A DNA stretch of 64,000 nucleotides from an uncultured Chthonomonadaceae bacterium (GCA_963817895.1 CAWFQB010000002.1:64001-128000), one strand, 5' to 3'. Counted from the first letter of the stretch, positions 20,354 through 31,209 are shown. A program made the numbers and translations. The notes: a model not told the origin generated them from the letters alone.

Positions 20354-20986
20354 TCATCCCTGTATCCGATACGTACACGTATGGTCGCCGGCCAGAATGT
20401 ACTTTTCACGATGGACTTCAACATCGCCAAGCAGTTGTTTCAGCATTTGCATCTCGTTGCGGCAGCAGGCGTTGGGATACAGACTGGCGACGGCGCATAT
20501 CGAACAGTTATGCTGCACAAGCCGCCACTCGCCCGCCTCTTCTCCTTCTATTGCTTCCGCCATGAAGCCGAATTCCGTCTGAATACGGGCCAACTCCTGC
20601 ACCCTGTCCCGCAGTGGCTTGTCGGCCAAACGGCGCTGTAGTCTCTCTACGGTTCGTTCGCGCATACGGGCAAACAGCGTTTGTATGGCTTCCTCGCCCT
20701 GCAACTCGCTCAAACTCTCCAGCAGAGCGTTGGTCAGGCCGGGATAGCGGCGAGCAAACGTCTCGTCACCATGCGGCGTCAGGCGATAACGGTGCGAAGG
20801 CCGGCCCAGACCGCGCCGCTCCACCGAAATAGAGATGATATTCTCGGCTTCCAGGGAGGCAAGGTGCTGACGTACCGCAACCTGAGAAATGGACAACTCC
20901 CGCGCCAGTTCTTCGGCGGTCATTGTTCCCTTCCACTTGATGGCAGTGAGTATCTCCTGCCGGGTAATTCCATTTGCGCGTGACAT
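20354..20986 (-). CDS. SufR-like winged-helix transcriptional regulator
   Basis: TRQEIL...TAEELARELSISQVAVRQHLASLE, GRPSHRYRLT, C-terminal Cys motifs HNCSIC, CCRNE, GDHTC. Confidence 0.8.
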   Translation of the reverse strand: MSRANGITRQEILTAIKWKGTMTAEELARELSISQVAVRQHLASLEAENIISISVERRGLGRPSHRYRLTPHGDETFARRYPGLTNALLESLSELQGEEAIQTLFARMRERTVERLQRRLADKPLRDRVQELARIQTEFGFMAEAIEGEEAGEWRLVQHNCSICAVASLYPNACCRNEMQMLKQLLGDVEVHREKYILAGDHTCTYRIQG

Positions 20987-21411
20987 AATGTTTCCTTGCC
21001 GGGTGGTCTACAAGCCTTTGTCTACAGGCTTTCGAGGAAAGCGCGTCTTTCGGACGCTGCTTTCAACGGCGTTCTAACGAATAATACTGCCATTCTGAAG
21101 AACGGATGGCGCAAAAGCATTACTGCCCAATGATGCTTTACTCTTCTAGTGTAGCCTAAAAACTCCGCAACAGGCAAGTGGGACTACTGATATTTACAAC
21201 ATTTCCAACGTTTTAGTTACAAGTTTAGTGAATTCACCTTAAAATTACGGGTAGAAATGCCACTCCTGAAGCGAATATACGGCAAAAGCGGGCAAGCTAC
21301 TAATGATTATGACATATTAGAAGGGAAATGCAGACGTGGCTCACAGGCGAAAGCGCTGCCGATGCGCGAACGGGGCGTGTGGTGTACAATACAGGTGAGG
21401 AGTCTCTTCTA

Positions 21412-22596
21412 ATGCCTGAACCTGTGCCGCCGCTCGCGATTTATGTTCATATTCCGTTTTGTGTCCGCCACTGCGCGTACTGTGACTTCAACACGTATGT
21501 GGAAAAGGCGCAAAGCGCGGTTGTTCACGCCACTGTGGAAGCGATTTGCAGGGACATCGCGCAGGCAAGTCAGGAACCCGGCGAAGCGATAACCGGTCAC
21601 CGCGTATTGGGCGAACGGCCTGTACGAACCATTTTTTTTGGCGGGGGGACGCCGACGTTTCTTGAAGGGGCGCAATTGGAACGGATTGTCCGCGCCATTG
21701 GCGACCATTTCGCGGTGTTGCCCGATGTGGAGATTTCCAGCGAAGCCAATCCGGGTTCGTCCGACGCGGCCCGCTTTGAACGGATGCGAGACGCAGGATT
21801 TACTCGCCTGAGCATCGGCGTACAATCCTTTGACGACGCGTTGCTTGTCGCGCTGGACCGTTTTCACACCGCGAACGAAGCCGAAAACGCCCTGTGCCTT
21901 GCGCGTCACGCCGGTTTTGATAACGTGAGCCTTGACCTGATGTTCGCTCTGCCCGGTCAAACAACGCCCTTATGGGAAGACTCATTGGAACGCGCTCTTG
22001 CGCTCGGCACAAAGCATCTGTCGCTGTACGCCCTCACTCTGGAAGCCGGGACGCGCTTTGAGCGGCTGTACGCGGGCGGCAAACTGGATTTGCCGGACGA
22101 GGATACGGAACTGGAGATGTATGAGCGCAGCATCTCCCTGTTGACCGAAGCGGGCTTCGAGCATTACGAGGTCAGCAATTTCGCCCGTCCCGGTTTTCGC
22201 TGCCGCCACAATCTCGTGTACTGGCACAACGAGGAATATCTCGGCATTGGACCGGGCGCGGTTTCCTATATCAGCGGGCGGCGATGGAAGCGCGAACGCC
22301 TGCCTGCCCGCTACATCCAAAAAGTAAACGCGCAAGCCGACCTTGCGGTGGAATCGGAACACCTGACGCCGGAAGCAACGCTGGGCGAGACCATTATGCT
22401 CGGCCTGCGCCTGCGCGACGGTCTGCCCCTGTCGCGCCTGCGTGACCGTTTCCATATTGACCCGCTTGCCCGCTTCGCGCCCCAACTGGAACGCCTGACG
22501 CGGCGCGGCCTGCTCACCCTCGAAGCCGATACCCTCCGCCTCACCCATCGCGGCCTGCTCCTCGCCAACGATGTCCTGAGCGAGTTTTTATTGTAA
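21412..22596 (+). CDS. hemW: Radical SAM heme chaperone HemW (HemN-like)
   Basis: IYVHIPFCVRHCAYCDF, FFGGGTPT, EANP, RLSIGVQSF, HYEVSNF, HNLVYW; GAGGAG RBS. Confidence 0.93.
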   Translation: MPEPVPPLAIYVHIPFCVRHCAYCDFNTYVEKAQSAVVHATVEAICRDIAQASQEPGEAITGHRVLGERPVRTIFFGGGTPTFLEGAQLERIVRAIGDHFAVLPDVEISSEANPGSSDAARFERMRDAGFTRLSIGVQSFDDALLVALDRFHTANEAENALCLARHAGFDNVSLDLMFALPGQTTPLWEDSLERALALGTKHLSLYALTLEAGTRFERLYAGGKLDLPDEDTELEMYERSISLLTEAGFEHYEVSNFARPGFRCRHNLVYWHNEEYLGIGPGAVSYISGRRWKRERLPARYIQKVNAQADLAVESEHLTPEATLGETIMLGLRLRDGLPLSRLRDRFHIDPLARFAPQLERLTRRGLLTLEADTLRLTHRGLLLANDVLSEFLL

Positions 22597-22776
22597 ATTC
22601 TTCACCACAGAGACACAGAGGGAATGAAGAAACAGAAAAAAGAGAACAGAATAGCAAACGTTTTCCATTCTTCTACAATACTGCCCATCCTGAAAAATCC
22701 TGTTAATCCTGTCTATTCTTCTCTTGTTCTTTCTCTGTGACCCCTCTGTGTCTCTGTGTCTCTGTGGTGAAGAATT
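22596..22776. repeat. CACAGAGA-type inverted repeat element between convergent genes
   Basis: AATTCTTCACCACAGAGACACAGAG (22596-22620) has a perfect 25-bp complement ending at 22776; internal AATCCTGT repeats. Confidence 0.85.
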
Positions 22777-22779
22777 CTC

Positions 22780-23676
<897 letters not shown>

Positions 23677-24091
23677 CTCGTCGCTCCTTCCAAACGCGAA
23701 AATGCCGTCACTCGCGCAACAGCGAAAGCAACGGCAGCCAGTGGGGAATGAATATTCCGGTGGCGGCGTTTGGTCGCTTCCCTCCGTCGGTATTATCCGA
23801 ATCAGGTAGTTCAGGGTTAGGCAGAATATGCCTTCTCAGCTTTGCAGCACCCCTAGCGGTAGTTGTCAACGCGCTATTTGGTTGTGAAATCTCTGGAAAC
23901 GGTTTTGGCGTCTCAGCCTTTAGTCGTCTCTTAATAAATTGTACCTCACTTCGTCCGCATTGTAAAGAAAATTTGCCGTGAAATTCACGCGCAACGCGCA
24001 TAACTGCAAAGGCTGAACCGAGAGCGTCTGTATTTCCGTTGCGAAAGCGGGGATTTTAGCGGCTAATCGGCCATAAAAGCAAAGTTCCATC

Positions 24092-24121
24092 TTGACAGAA
24101 GGCGGTTGCCTGTGTTATCAT
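24092..24121 (+). promoter_or_regulatory. Sigma70-type promoter for tRNA-Asn
   Basis: TTGACA (24092), 18-bp spacer, TATCAT (24116) with a TG extension. Confidence 0.6.
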
Positions 24122-24198
24122 ATTTACACCATCGGGAAGCGCGTTCCGATTCGTAAAACGCGGCTTCAAATGAACCCTGTGGCGTGTTTGCAAACTGA

Positions 24199-24270
24199 TC
24201 CCTGTTAGCTCAATGGCAGAGCGTTCGGCTGTTAACCGAAATGTTGATGGTTCGAGTCCATCACAGGGAG
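24199..24270 (+). tRNA. tRNA-Asn (GTT)
   Basis: Acceptor TCCCTGT/ACAGGGA, D-arm GCTC-AATGGCA-GAGC, anticodon arm TTCGG-CTGTTAA-CCGAA, T-arm GATGG-TTCGAGT-CCATC; CCA is not encoded directly after the discriminator. Confidence 0.96.
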
Positions 24271-24374
24271 TACCAACTCCCTATCGGCATAGTTAATTTT
24301 CTACTTGATAATAAGGGTAGGAAAGGACACTATGCCGATTGTCGTTTAAGGACTTTGAAGAAGGATTTAAAGTG

Positions 24375-25610
24375 ATGATGGAACGGGTAAGTCTGGTTTC
24401 ATGCGCGTCTACCGCCTCGGACAGTGAGGTTGTCACGCGGGCGCAGGCGGCGATACAGCAGTTGGGCGATTATGGCAAAGGGTTGCGAAATGCCAGCTGC
24501 ATTGCCGTGAAAATCAACGTGGGCGGCCACCACCTCACGCTTACGGACGGCAAGCAGACGGAATTGACCGAACCGGCTGTGGTCGAGGGAGCCATACGCG
24601 CCATTCGGGATGTGACCGACGCGCCCGTTGTGATTGGCGACGGCACGACGGACGGCGACTCGTTTGGCCTGTATGCCCAATTGGGCTACCCGGAACGACT
24701 GGCAAAGTACGGCGGGGTCCGCCTTATAGACTTCAACCAGAGCGAACTGGTAGATGTCACGATGCCCCACGCGCAGGCGATGTTCCGCTCCTACAAAATG
24801 CCGCGCGAACTGACCGAGGCCGATGCGTTCGTTTCTCTTGCCAAGATGAAAGCGCATGTCAGTCTGGGCTGTACGCTGTGCATCAAGAACCTGTTCGGCT
24901 GGATGCCCATATCCGTTTACGGCGCGCCCCGCGAGTATCTGCACGACCGCCTGATACGCCTGCCCCGCGTTCTCGTGGATATGGCGATGTGGATGCGCCC
25001 CTGTCTCAATGTCGTGGACGGCATTGTCGCCGCCAACAAAAGCGAGTGGAACGGAACTCCGATGCGCCCCGGCGTGATTGTGGCGGGAACCAATTGCGTG
25101 GCGACGGACAGCGTTGGCGCGAGAGTGATGGGCTTCGACCCGAACGGCGATTATCCCGACCATCCCTACTTTTACCGCCGCAACGCCATTAAATTAGCCG
25201 CAGAAATGGGGTTGGGGCCGAACCGGGATGAAGATATTGAAGTCATTGGTCTTGCGCCGGAGGGATTGTGCGAACCGTTCCGGGTGGAAGCGCATGAGGG
25301 CGAAACGAACCGGGACGCGCAACTGCAAAAGGGGGCGGAGTGCGTGGCCCGCTATCGGGAACAGCAGGATAAACTCGCGCAAACGTATCGGCAGCAGTAT
25401 CTCGCGCTTTTGGATGGACAGGTGTTGTGGCGCGGGGTGGACATGCGGGCGATGCAGAAACAGCAGCAGGCAAGCGGGCGCGACTGGCACAATTCGCCGC
25501 AATTCATCGTTCGCTGCGTTCCCGTTGAAGAAGAGGTAGAGCAAATGGACTGGTACGGCGTGGAAGCCGAGTATGCCGCCAATCTCACCAGCGCAGCAGC
25601 AGTTTCTTAA
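24375..25610 (+). CDS. DUF362-domain protein with a C-terminal extension
   Basis: AVKINV, TEPAVVEG, FVSLAKMKAH, TLCIKNLFG, LNVVDGI, VATDSVGARVMGFDP. Confidence 0.82.
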   Translation: MMERVSLVSCASTASDSEVVTRAQAAIQQLGDYGKGLRNASCIAVKINVGGHHLTLTDGKQTELTEPAVVEGAIRAIRDVTDAPVVIGDGTTDGDSFGLYAQLGYPERLAKYGGVRLIDFNQSELVDVTMPHAQAMFRSYKMPRELTEADAFVSLAKMKAHVSLGCTLCIKNLFGWMPISVYGAPREYLHDRLIRLPRVLVDMAMWMRPCLNVVDGIVAANKSEWNGTPMRPGVIVAGTNCVATDSVGARVMGFDPNGDYPDHPYFYRRNAIKLAAEMGLGPNRDEDIEVIGLAPEGLCEPFRVEAHEGETNRDAQLQKGAECVARYREQQDKLAQTYRQQYLALLDGQVLWRGVDMRAMQKQQQASGRDWHNSPQFIVRCVPVEEEVEQMDWYGVEAEYAANLTSAAAVS

Positions 25611-26097
25611 CCTGAAAGACAGCCAATCCGGTCATATCCGTCCCCGGCTGATGCACCCATACGACTGGATAGAGAACGCGCGGAGGAGAAGCGGAGGGCG
25701 TTTCATGAACCACCTGCGTACTGGTCAAGGATGAGTTGGCGGCAATCTCGTCGTGATTGCAGACGATCACTTCGCGATTGCCGTTCACAAACCGGAACCA
25801 GGGCTTGCCGGTCGTGTCTTCCGTAAAGCCGAGCGGTAGCAGCTCCTTGCGAATCCCTGCCGCAATCTGCGTCGCGCTTCCCTTCATCCGCCCCGGCCCG
25901 TAGTAAAACCACCGCCCGCTGTGATCCCCCATCACCGAAATCGGATGATCTATAGTCTGCATAAATTGATAGGGAACATCCCCAGATGGCTTCAGCAGCA
26001 GAAACAACATGAGAAGCCCAATAACCCCGCCTGCTATCAGCAGCCAGGGCAGGAATCGAACCCGGCGGGGTTTACGGCTGGTTTCTTCCTGCATCAT
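25585..26097 (-). CDS. Hypothetical membrane-anchored protein
   Basis: AGGAAGG RBS; N-terminal TM segment FLPWLLIAGGVIGLLMLFLLL. Confidence 0.6.
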   Translation of the reverse strand: MMQEETSRKPRRVRFLPWLLIAGGVIGLLMLFLLLKPSGDVPYQFMQTIDHPISVMGDHSGRWFYYGPGRMKGSATQIAAGIRKELLPLGFTEDTTGKPWFRFVNGNREVIVCNHDEIAANSSLTSTQVVHETPSASPPRVLYPVVWVHQPGTDMTGLAVFQVKKLLLRW

Positions 26098-26464
26098 GCG
26101 GTTCCTTCCTGCTCGTTCTTTTCCGTTCTTTTCAGGGGCAACTTGCGTCACCAACTCCCGACAATCAACCCTTCTCTTGTTTTCAGCGCTTCCTCGCATC
26201 CCACGCTCAACGTCCGCATTTCAACCCTCCGACACTCTTCCAAAAGTCGGGATACATCTTCCAATTTGTAATGCGCGTGTTCCCAGGCGTACCATAGCCG
26301 CCCTAGCTGTGACAAATCCGCTATCGCGCCCTGAAAATTGTTGCAAAGGAATTTCCTATTCTACACATCGTAGAGTAGTAGAAAATTACTTCTAATTTCA
26401 GGAATAACTCAACAATGTGAATGGGATTTGCTGATCCACAGATTAGAAGTCAGGAATACGTACT

Positions 26465-28042
26465 ATGGCGATTGATTTCAATAATTTATCCTTGTCTACA
26501 ATCAATGAAATAACGGATGAACTCAGTAAAAGCTCTACATGCCTGATTGAGTTCCATCTTTCCAATGTGAATAGTACGCAGTATCACGGGGATATAGCGT
26601 CAGATTTTTTGGCCGCAATGTTTATATGCGAAACCATTGTATCCTTGTGTAGTCATTTTGACTACGAACTTCACGAGGAGAATTGGAAGTTCTATATTCG
26701 TTTCAAGGTAGCCCCGACTGAACCGGTATCTTTTGCTTCCAAGTTGTTATGGTTAGCTAATGGACTATGCCCATCAGATGAAGTAACAGATACCGATTTT
26801 GAACAGCAAGTTTTCGAATTTGTTCAAAACATCAGGTATAACGTCAAACACTGCCTGGATTTGGCGGATATCTATATGGCAAACCATGTCGCGGGACTGC
26901 ACGAATGGTATTCGGAGGATCCGGAAGGAGTTGAAGCGGCCTTTAACGAATTTCCAGAATACCGATTTCACTTTTGGAAGCCTTTCAGCATCAAACAGAA
27001 TGACATTTTAATGTCAAATGATGCTTGGATTGTTCCTTTTAACGTTGACATACATAGATTACTAAATGAATACGATGGCATATCTAAACTCGGCATAGCG
27101 TTCACTCACGCATTATTGGTTTCGCTCGGAGAAAAACAAGTGGTCATCACCAATGAAATTGCGCTTGCTTATCCGAAGAGGGAAATCGAAGAAGCGCAGC
27201 ATTGTGCCGAGTATATGTTAAAGCCCGATTACGAAGCGGATTCGTGGTCTTTACCCGATCTTCAATTTGCCATTGAACAGGATGCAGAAGTTCTTATTGC
27301 TTCGACTCCCCTCTATCAAATAGTTATTTTTGCAGGGAGGGGTGAATATGGAACCGCTGCTTCATTGTCACAGCCAAACATCAAAAATATTCTCGCCGCT
27401 GTTTTTGATGCTGAATGCAAATTAAAACGATTAAGCGGGGAAGAGCAGTTGCTTAATTTGGACTGGAAAAATCTTGATGATGGACAATTTGAAGACTTGT
27501 GTTATGAAATTTTAAACCGTAAGCACAGTCCAAATTTTATTCGTAAAATGGGGAAGTCGCGTTCACGTGATGGAGGACGAGATATAGAATACCAAATATC
27601 AGGACGACCTGGTACGTATCCGCAGAAGCAGAAATGGATTGTTCAGTGTAAATTGATAACAAACGGTTCTTCATTGGGAAGTAATCGTCTGAATGTCTCT
27701 GACACGATAGACCAATATGAAGCAAGCGGATATTGTGTTATGACTTCGACAGTTATTGATCCCACTCTATATGATAAGCTGGACGCGATTAGCAAAAACC
27801 GTCGAATCACCATAGAGGCATACTCTCGGTATGAGTTAGAACTTTTCCTGTCACGACATAAAGACATACTAAATAGATATTTTATTAAACGTCTGGTGCA
27901 AGTGCCTTCTCTGTTCTACAGAACTCGTAGTCGCTTTCTCTCCAATTTATGCAGTATGCGCTACTATGTCGTTTCATTACGGGTGAAGAAATCGCTGGCC
28001 TCGTCGTGGCAGTATTCGCCTTCGAACTTGTTGCATCCATGA
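26465..28042 (+). CDS. AT-rich protein with a C-terminal Mrr-like (type IV restriction) endonuclease domain
   Basis: LDWKNLDDGQFEDLCYEIL...GKSRSRDGGRDIE...WIVQCK matches the Mrr_cat D...(Q/E)xK pattern. The ~320-aa N-terminus is unrecognised and the DNA is visibly AT-richer than the flanks. Confidence 0.75.
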   Translation: MAIDFNNLSLSTINEITDELSKSSTCLIEFHLSNVNSTQYHGDIASDFLAAMFICETIVSLCSHFDYELHEENWKFYIRFKVAPTEPVSFASKLLWLANGLCPSDEVTDTDFEQQVFEFVQNIRYNVKHCLDLADIYMANHVAGLHEWYSEDPEGVEAAFNEFPEYRFHFWKPFSIKQNDILMSNDAWIVPFNVDIHRLLNEYDGISKLGIAFTHALLVSLGEKQVVITNEIALAYPKREIEEAQHCAEYMLKPDYEADSWSLPDLQFAIEQDAEVLIASTPLYQIVIFAGRGEYGTAASLSQPNIKNILAAVFDAECKLKRLSGEEQLLNLDWKNLDDGQFEDLCYEILNRKHSPNFIRKMGKSRSRDGGRDIEYQISGRPGTYPQKQKWIVQCKLITNGSSLGSNRLNVSDTIDQYEASGYCVMTSTVIDPTLYDKLDAISKNRRITIEAYSRYELELFLSRHKDILNRYFIKRLVQVPSLFYRTRSRFLSNLCSMRYYVVSLRVKKSLASSWQYSPSNLLHP

Positions 28043-28105
28043 CAGCAGTGAACGAGGTGATCTATCTCATCATTGCCACTAATAGATAGCGGATAAAAAT
28101 GATTT
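27945..28105 (-). pseudogene. Decayed HNH endonuclease fragment, paralogous to 28104-28595
   Basis: The minus strand reads NHFYPLSISGNDEIDHLVHCCHGCNKFEGEY and then, after a shift, QRFLHP**NDIVAHTA. The intact neighbour reads DHFQPSSRDGSDELDNLVYCCNACNQFKGDY...ERILHPLRDALAEHIA. Confidence 0.7.
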
Positions 28106-28595
28106 AGTCGTTGTTGGTGTTACCCTTGGAAGCGCGTCGCATTTGCGCCTGAAGATTTTCGATTTTGCGGGTCAACTGCTGGATTTTCTGGGAACTTGCT
28201 TGCTGCTCTGCCTGCGCTTCTTTGTCGCGCTGCTTGCGCCTTCGGTTTGCAATTAGAGCAGGGCGGTTTAGATGCAGATGGATAATATGAAATCTGCCTG
28301 TTTCAGTCAGGGCTTGCAGTCGTCCGTTTTTCAGTTCCGCAATATGCTCCGCCAATGCGTCACGCAAAGGATGAAGAATTCGCTCCGCGCTTCCCGGCTG
28401 CCAGTAATCTCCTTTGAACTGATTGCAGGCATTGCAGCAATAGACAAGATTATCGAGTTCGTCACTTCCATCGCGTGAACTCGGCTGAAAATGATCTACG
28501 GTCAGTTCGGCTCCGACATCGGTTTCATCAACGCCGCAGTAACCGCAACGGTACTGGTAGCGGGCGCGAACAGCCTCTCGTGTCCTTTTGCGCAC
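28104..28595 (-). CDS. HNH endonuclease with a C-terminal coiled coil
   Basis: RCGYCG, TVDHFQP, NLVYCCNACNQFKG; GTG start abuts the upstream stop codon. Confidence 0.9.
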   Translation of the reverse strand: MRKRTREAVRARYQYRCGYCGVDETDVGAELTVDHFQPSSRDGSDELDNLVYCCNACNQFKGDYWQPGSAERILHPLRDALAEHIAELKNGRLQALTETGRFHIIHLHLNRPALIANRRRKQRDKEAQAEQQASSQKIQQLTRKIENLQAQMRRASKGNTNND

Positions 28596-28937
28596 TTACA
28601 ACCCTGCTCCCACTTGCGACACTTGCTCCGCTAAAACACGCTTAACTTCCCTGTCAATAGATTGTTGTTCTTTTTGTGAGTCGGCAAGGAGGCGTTCCAT
28701 GCGGCGGATGATTGTTTGCTGGCGTCGCGCGAGATTTTTGAGGATGCGATTTTGCTCTTGTGTCCGGCGAATTTTGGCGTCAAGGCGTTGATTGGCAGGG
28801 CGCAGGTACGCGGCTTCTTCCGCTTCCAGTTCATGTATCATGCGGGCGAGTTCCGTCTTTTCCGGCGTGGTCAACTCCTGCCGCAGTTCACGGTTTCGCA
28901 GCTCTTGAAAGCGTTGTTTTTGCGTGTCATTCCACAT
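28596..28937 (-). CDS. Small coiled-coil protein, putative partner or antitoxin of the HNH nuclease
   Basis: AAGGGA RBS before MWNDTQKQRFQELR; helical, charged sequence; zero-gap coupling to the HNH gene. Confidence 0.7.
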   Translation of the reverse strand: MWNDTQKQRFQELRNRELRQELTTPEKTELARMIHELEAEEAAYLRPANQRLDAKIRRTQEQNRILKNLARRQQTIIRRMERLLADSQKEQQSIDREVKRVLAEQVSQVGAGL

Positions 28938-29073
28938 GGCGATTTCCCTTATCGCTATCATAATACAGTTCAAATCATAATAAAAGTCAATATGTCGGGC
29001 TACGCGCCTCACAGGTTTCTATCCCTGCATTGCGAATACCCTTATCCTTCAACCCTGTCAACTCTCAACCCAA

Positions 29074-30066
29074 TCAATGCGCGCCGCGTCCGGCATGGAA
29101 CAGGGCCAGCGCAGTGATGCACAGCAACAGGGTCACGCTGTAAATGAACCAGACGACCTGCTTTTGACTCCAGCCCAATTTCAACAGGCGGTGGTGCAGG
29201 TGACGCTGATCGGCAGCCGTCAGAGCCGCGCCATCCATTAAGCGGCGCGTCAGCACATGCGCGTAGTCGAAAATCGGGACGCCCAACACAAGTACCGGAA
29301 CCAGCACGGAAACCGCCGCCGCGCCCTTGAACGCGCCCATAATGGAAATCGCCGCAAGCGCCAGCCCCAATACCTGTGCGCCAATCGTTCCCATAATAAT
29401 TTTCGCGGGATAGTAGTTGTGCCGCAGAAAGCCCAGACACGCGCCCATGACCGCAGCGGCCAGCAGGGCCAGCGTCGGCCCGTCGTGGGAGCGCAACAGG
29501 GTCGCCATCAACGCGAGGGTTGCGGCGGAAATCGCGCACACGCCCGATGCCAGACCGTCCACGCCGTCAATCGCGTCCACGGTTTTCGTCACGGTAAACA
29601 CCCATATTATGGTCAGCACAACGGAGATGAGAGGCGTGAGTTCGTGCCATGTGCTGCTGCCCACGCCGAACGGGTTGGTGATGCCCTCGATGCGAACGCC
29701 GAACTTGACCAGAATCAGCGAAGCGACAATAATAGCAAGCGCCTGCCATTTGGCTGACAGGTCTTTGAAATCGTCAATCAGACTGGTAATGGCGATAAAC
29801 GTGGTGGCGAGGAGTACGCCCGTAACCTGCATCGTCCAGGTATGCTGTCCCGTGTTGACGTGCCGCACTCCGACCGTCAGCAGCACGGCCATAACAAAGC
29901 CAAGATAGATAGCAATGCCCCCGGCGCGCGGCTTCGGGTCCGTGTTGACGCGGCGTTCGCCCGGCATATCTATCGGGCCGCGCTTCAACACCCAGTCGCG
30001 CACATAGGGTGTCATTTTGGAAGTCAGGAACGCGGCCACAAACGCCGCAATGATTATGCCATACAT
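29074..30066 (-). CDS. MraY/WecA/TagO-family polyprenyl-phosphate HexNAc-1-phosphate transferase
   Basis: PRAGGIAI, LIDDF, AIDGVDGLA, FLRHNYYPAKIIMG, ADQRHLHHRLL; many TM helices. Confidence 0.9.
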   Translation of the reverse strand: MYGIIIAAFVAAFLTSKMTPYVRDWVLKRGPIDMPGERRVNTDPKPRAGGIAIYLGFVMAVLLTVGVRHVNTGQHTWTMQVTGVLLATTFIAITSLIDDFKDLSAKWQALAIIVASLILVKFGVRIEGITNPFGVGSSTWHELTPLISVVLTIIWVFTVTKTVDAIDGVDGLASGVCAISAATLALMATLLRSHDGPTLALLAAAVMGACLGFLRHNYYPAKIIMGTIGAQVLGLALAAISIMGAFKGAAAVSVLVPVLVLGVPIFDYAHVLTRRLMDGAALTAADQRHLHHRLLKLGWSQKQVVWFIYSVTLLLCITALALFHAGRGAH

Positions 30067-30097
30067 CTCGGTTCCCCGATAATTCGCGGATTTCCGG

Positions 30098-30925
30098 CTA
30101 CTTGGCGCCCGGAGTGAGCAAATCCTTGACGCTTTTCTGCTCCGTCACGCCGCTCGAAGGCGTAAACACGAAGGTTTTATCATCCATTGGCGGGTTCGGT
30201 TTAGGATCAATTACGGAAGCGCGCATCATCAATGTTACCGCCAAACGCGCCTTGACCACTTTGCCGTCTTTTTGTTTTACCGGCTGCTGAAGCATGCCGG
30301 GAACACTCGCCTCTATCTTTTGCAGCAGGAAATTGGCTTTGTCAATCCACAGCGTCCAGCGCGCGCCCTTGCGCATAAACACGTTACCGGCGGCATACGC
30401 TGGCACCTCTCCCGTCCAGGCTCCGCTGACAATGGAAACGGGACGGCCATTCACGGTCCCGCTGCCCTGTATTTTGAGGTTGGTAAATTGCGCGGGCAGG
30501 GACGTGACGCTGAGAAAATAGAGGGGGTCGAGCATGCTGTCAATGCCCGCGCGTTCCCGCAGCAGGGGCAGCATTGCGGCCATATTGGGCGCGGTCGAGC
30601 CGGTCGAGTATTTCTTGAAATTGTCCAGATACACGATCATCTTGCCGCCATCGCTGTACACGGACGTGTCGCTGGAGCGCGAGGAGACGTTCAGCACTAT
30701 TTTGTTCGGGCGCTTATACTGCAAAAACGCCGAAACCGCGCTCAACGCCTTGCTGTTTTTGGCGGCGACGACGTTGACATCTGTGCTGAGTTTGCCCGAA
30801 TAAGAGTTCAAGTCGTGGTACGCTTTGAGGGTTTTGTCGAGCAGCGCTTTCGCGTCCTGCGCCTGCGCCCCGATGCCTGCCACGCACATCCACCCGATTA
30901 CCGCCATTCCTGCCAATCGCCGCAT
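30098..30925 (-). CDS. Secreted LolA-like / DUF2092-like protein
   Basis: Signal peptide ending AQA-Q; YKRPNK, VYSDG, LWIDKANFLLQKI, FVFTP motifs typical of the LolA fold. Confidence 0.7.
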   Translation of the reverse strand: MRRLAGMAVIGWMCVAGIGAQAQDAKALLDKTLKAYHDLNSYSGKLSTDVNVVAAKNSKALSAVSAFLQYKRPNKIVLNVSSRSSDTSVYSDGGKMIVYLDNFKKYSTGSTAPNMAAMLPLLRERAGIDSMLDPLYFLSVTSLPAQFTNLKIQGSGTVNGRPVSIVSGAWTGEVPAYAAGNVFMRKGARWTLWIDKANFLLQKIEASVPGMLQQPVKQKDGKVVKARLAVTLMMRASVIDPKPNPPMDDKTFVFTPSSGVTEQKSVKDLLTPGAK

Positions 30926-31148
30926 TCTGTTATCCTTATTCCCGCCGCGTATTTTGCGCGGACGCGCGCTTGGAAGCCCCAACCCTGCAAATACACAGAG
31001 TAACGCATGTCCGCCAGTGTCATTCCAACGCAGTGTCCTTTTCAGTATAGCAGACAGCGTACTTCGCGTCAACAGGCGGCCCCGTTTTCCCACGAATTTC
31101 TGCGGTCAGCATTGTATAGACTGCCGGTAGATAGCCAATATAAGACTC

Positions 31149-31178
31149 TTGACGCTGTTCCTGATTAGCGCGTATACT
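31149..31178 (+). promoter_or_regulatory. Sigma70-type promoter for the three-gene toxin-antitoxin cluster
   Basis: TTGACG, 18-bp spacer, TATACT, followed by a GAGGAG RBS. Confidence 0.6.
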
Positions 31179-31209
31179 AAGTTGATGATAATATCAGAGG
31201 AGTTACCTT

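Noticed and set aside
24283..24339. 11-bp inverted repeat after the tRNA as an ncRNA or attachment site
   Set aside because: A short stem with a 35-nt loop and no other support; at most a terminator or processing hairpin.
24199..29000. Integrative element at tRNA-Asn
   Set aside because: AT-rich genes lie nearby, but I found no integrase and no duplicated tRNA 3' end in the window.
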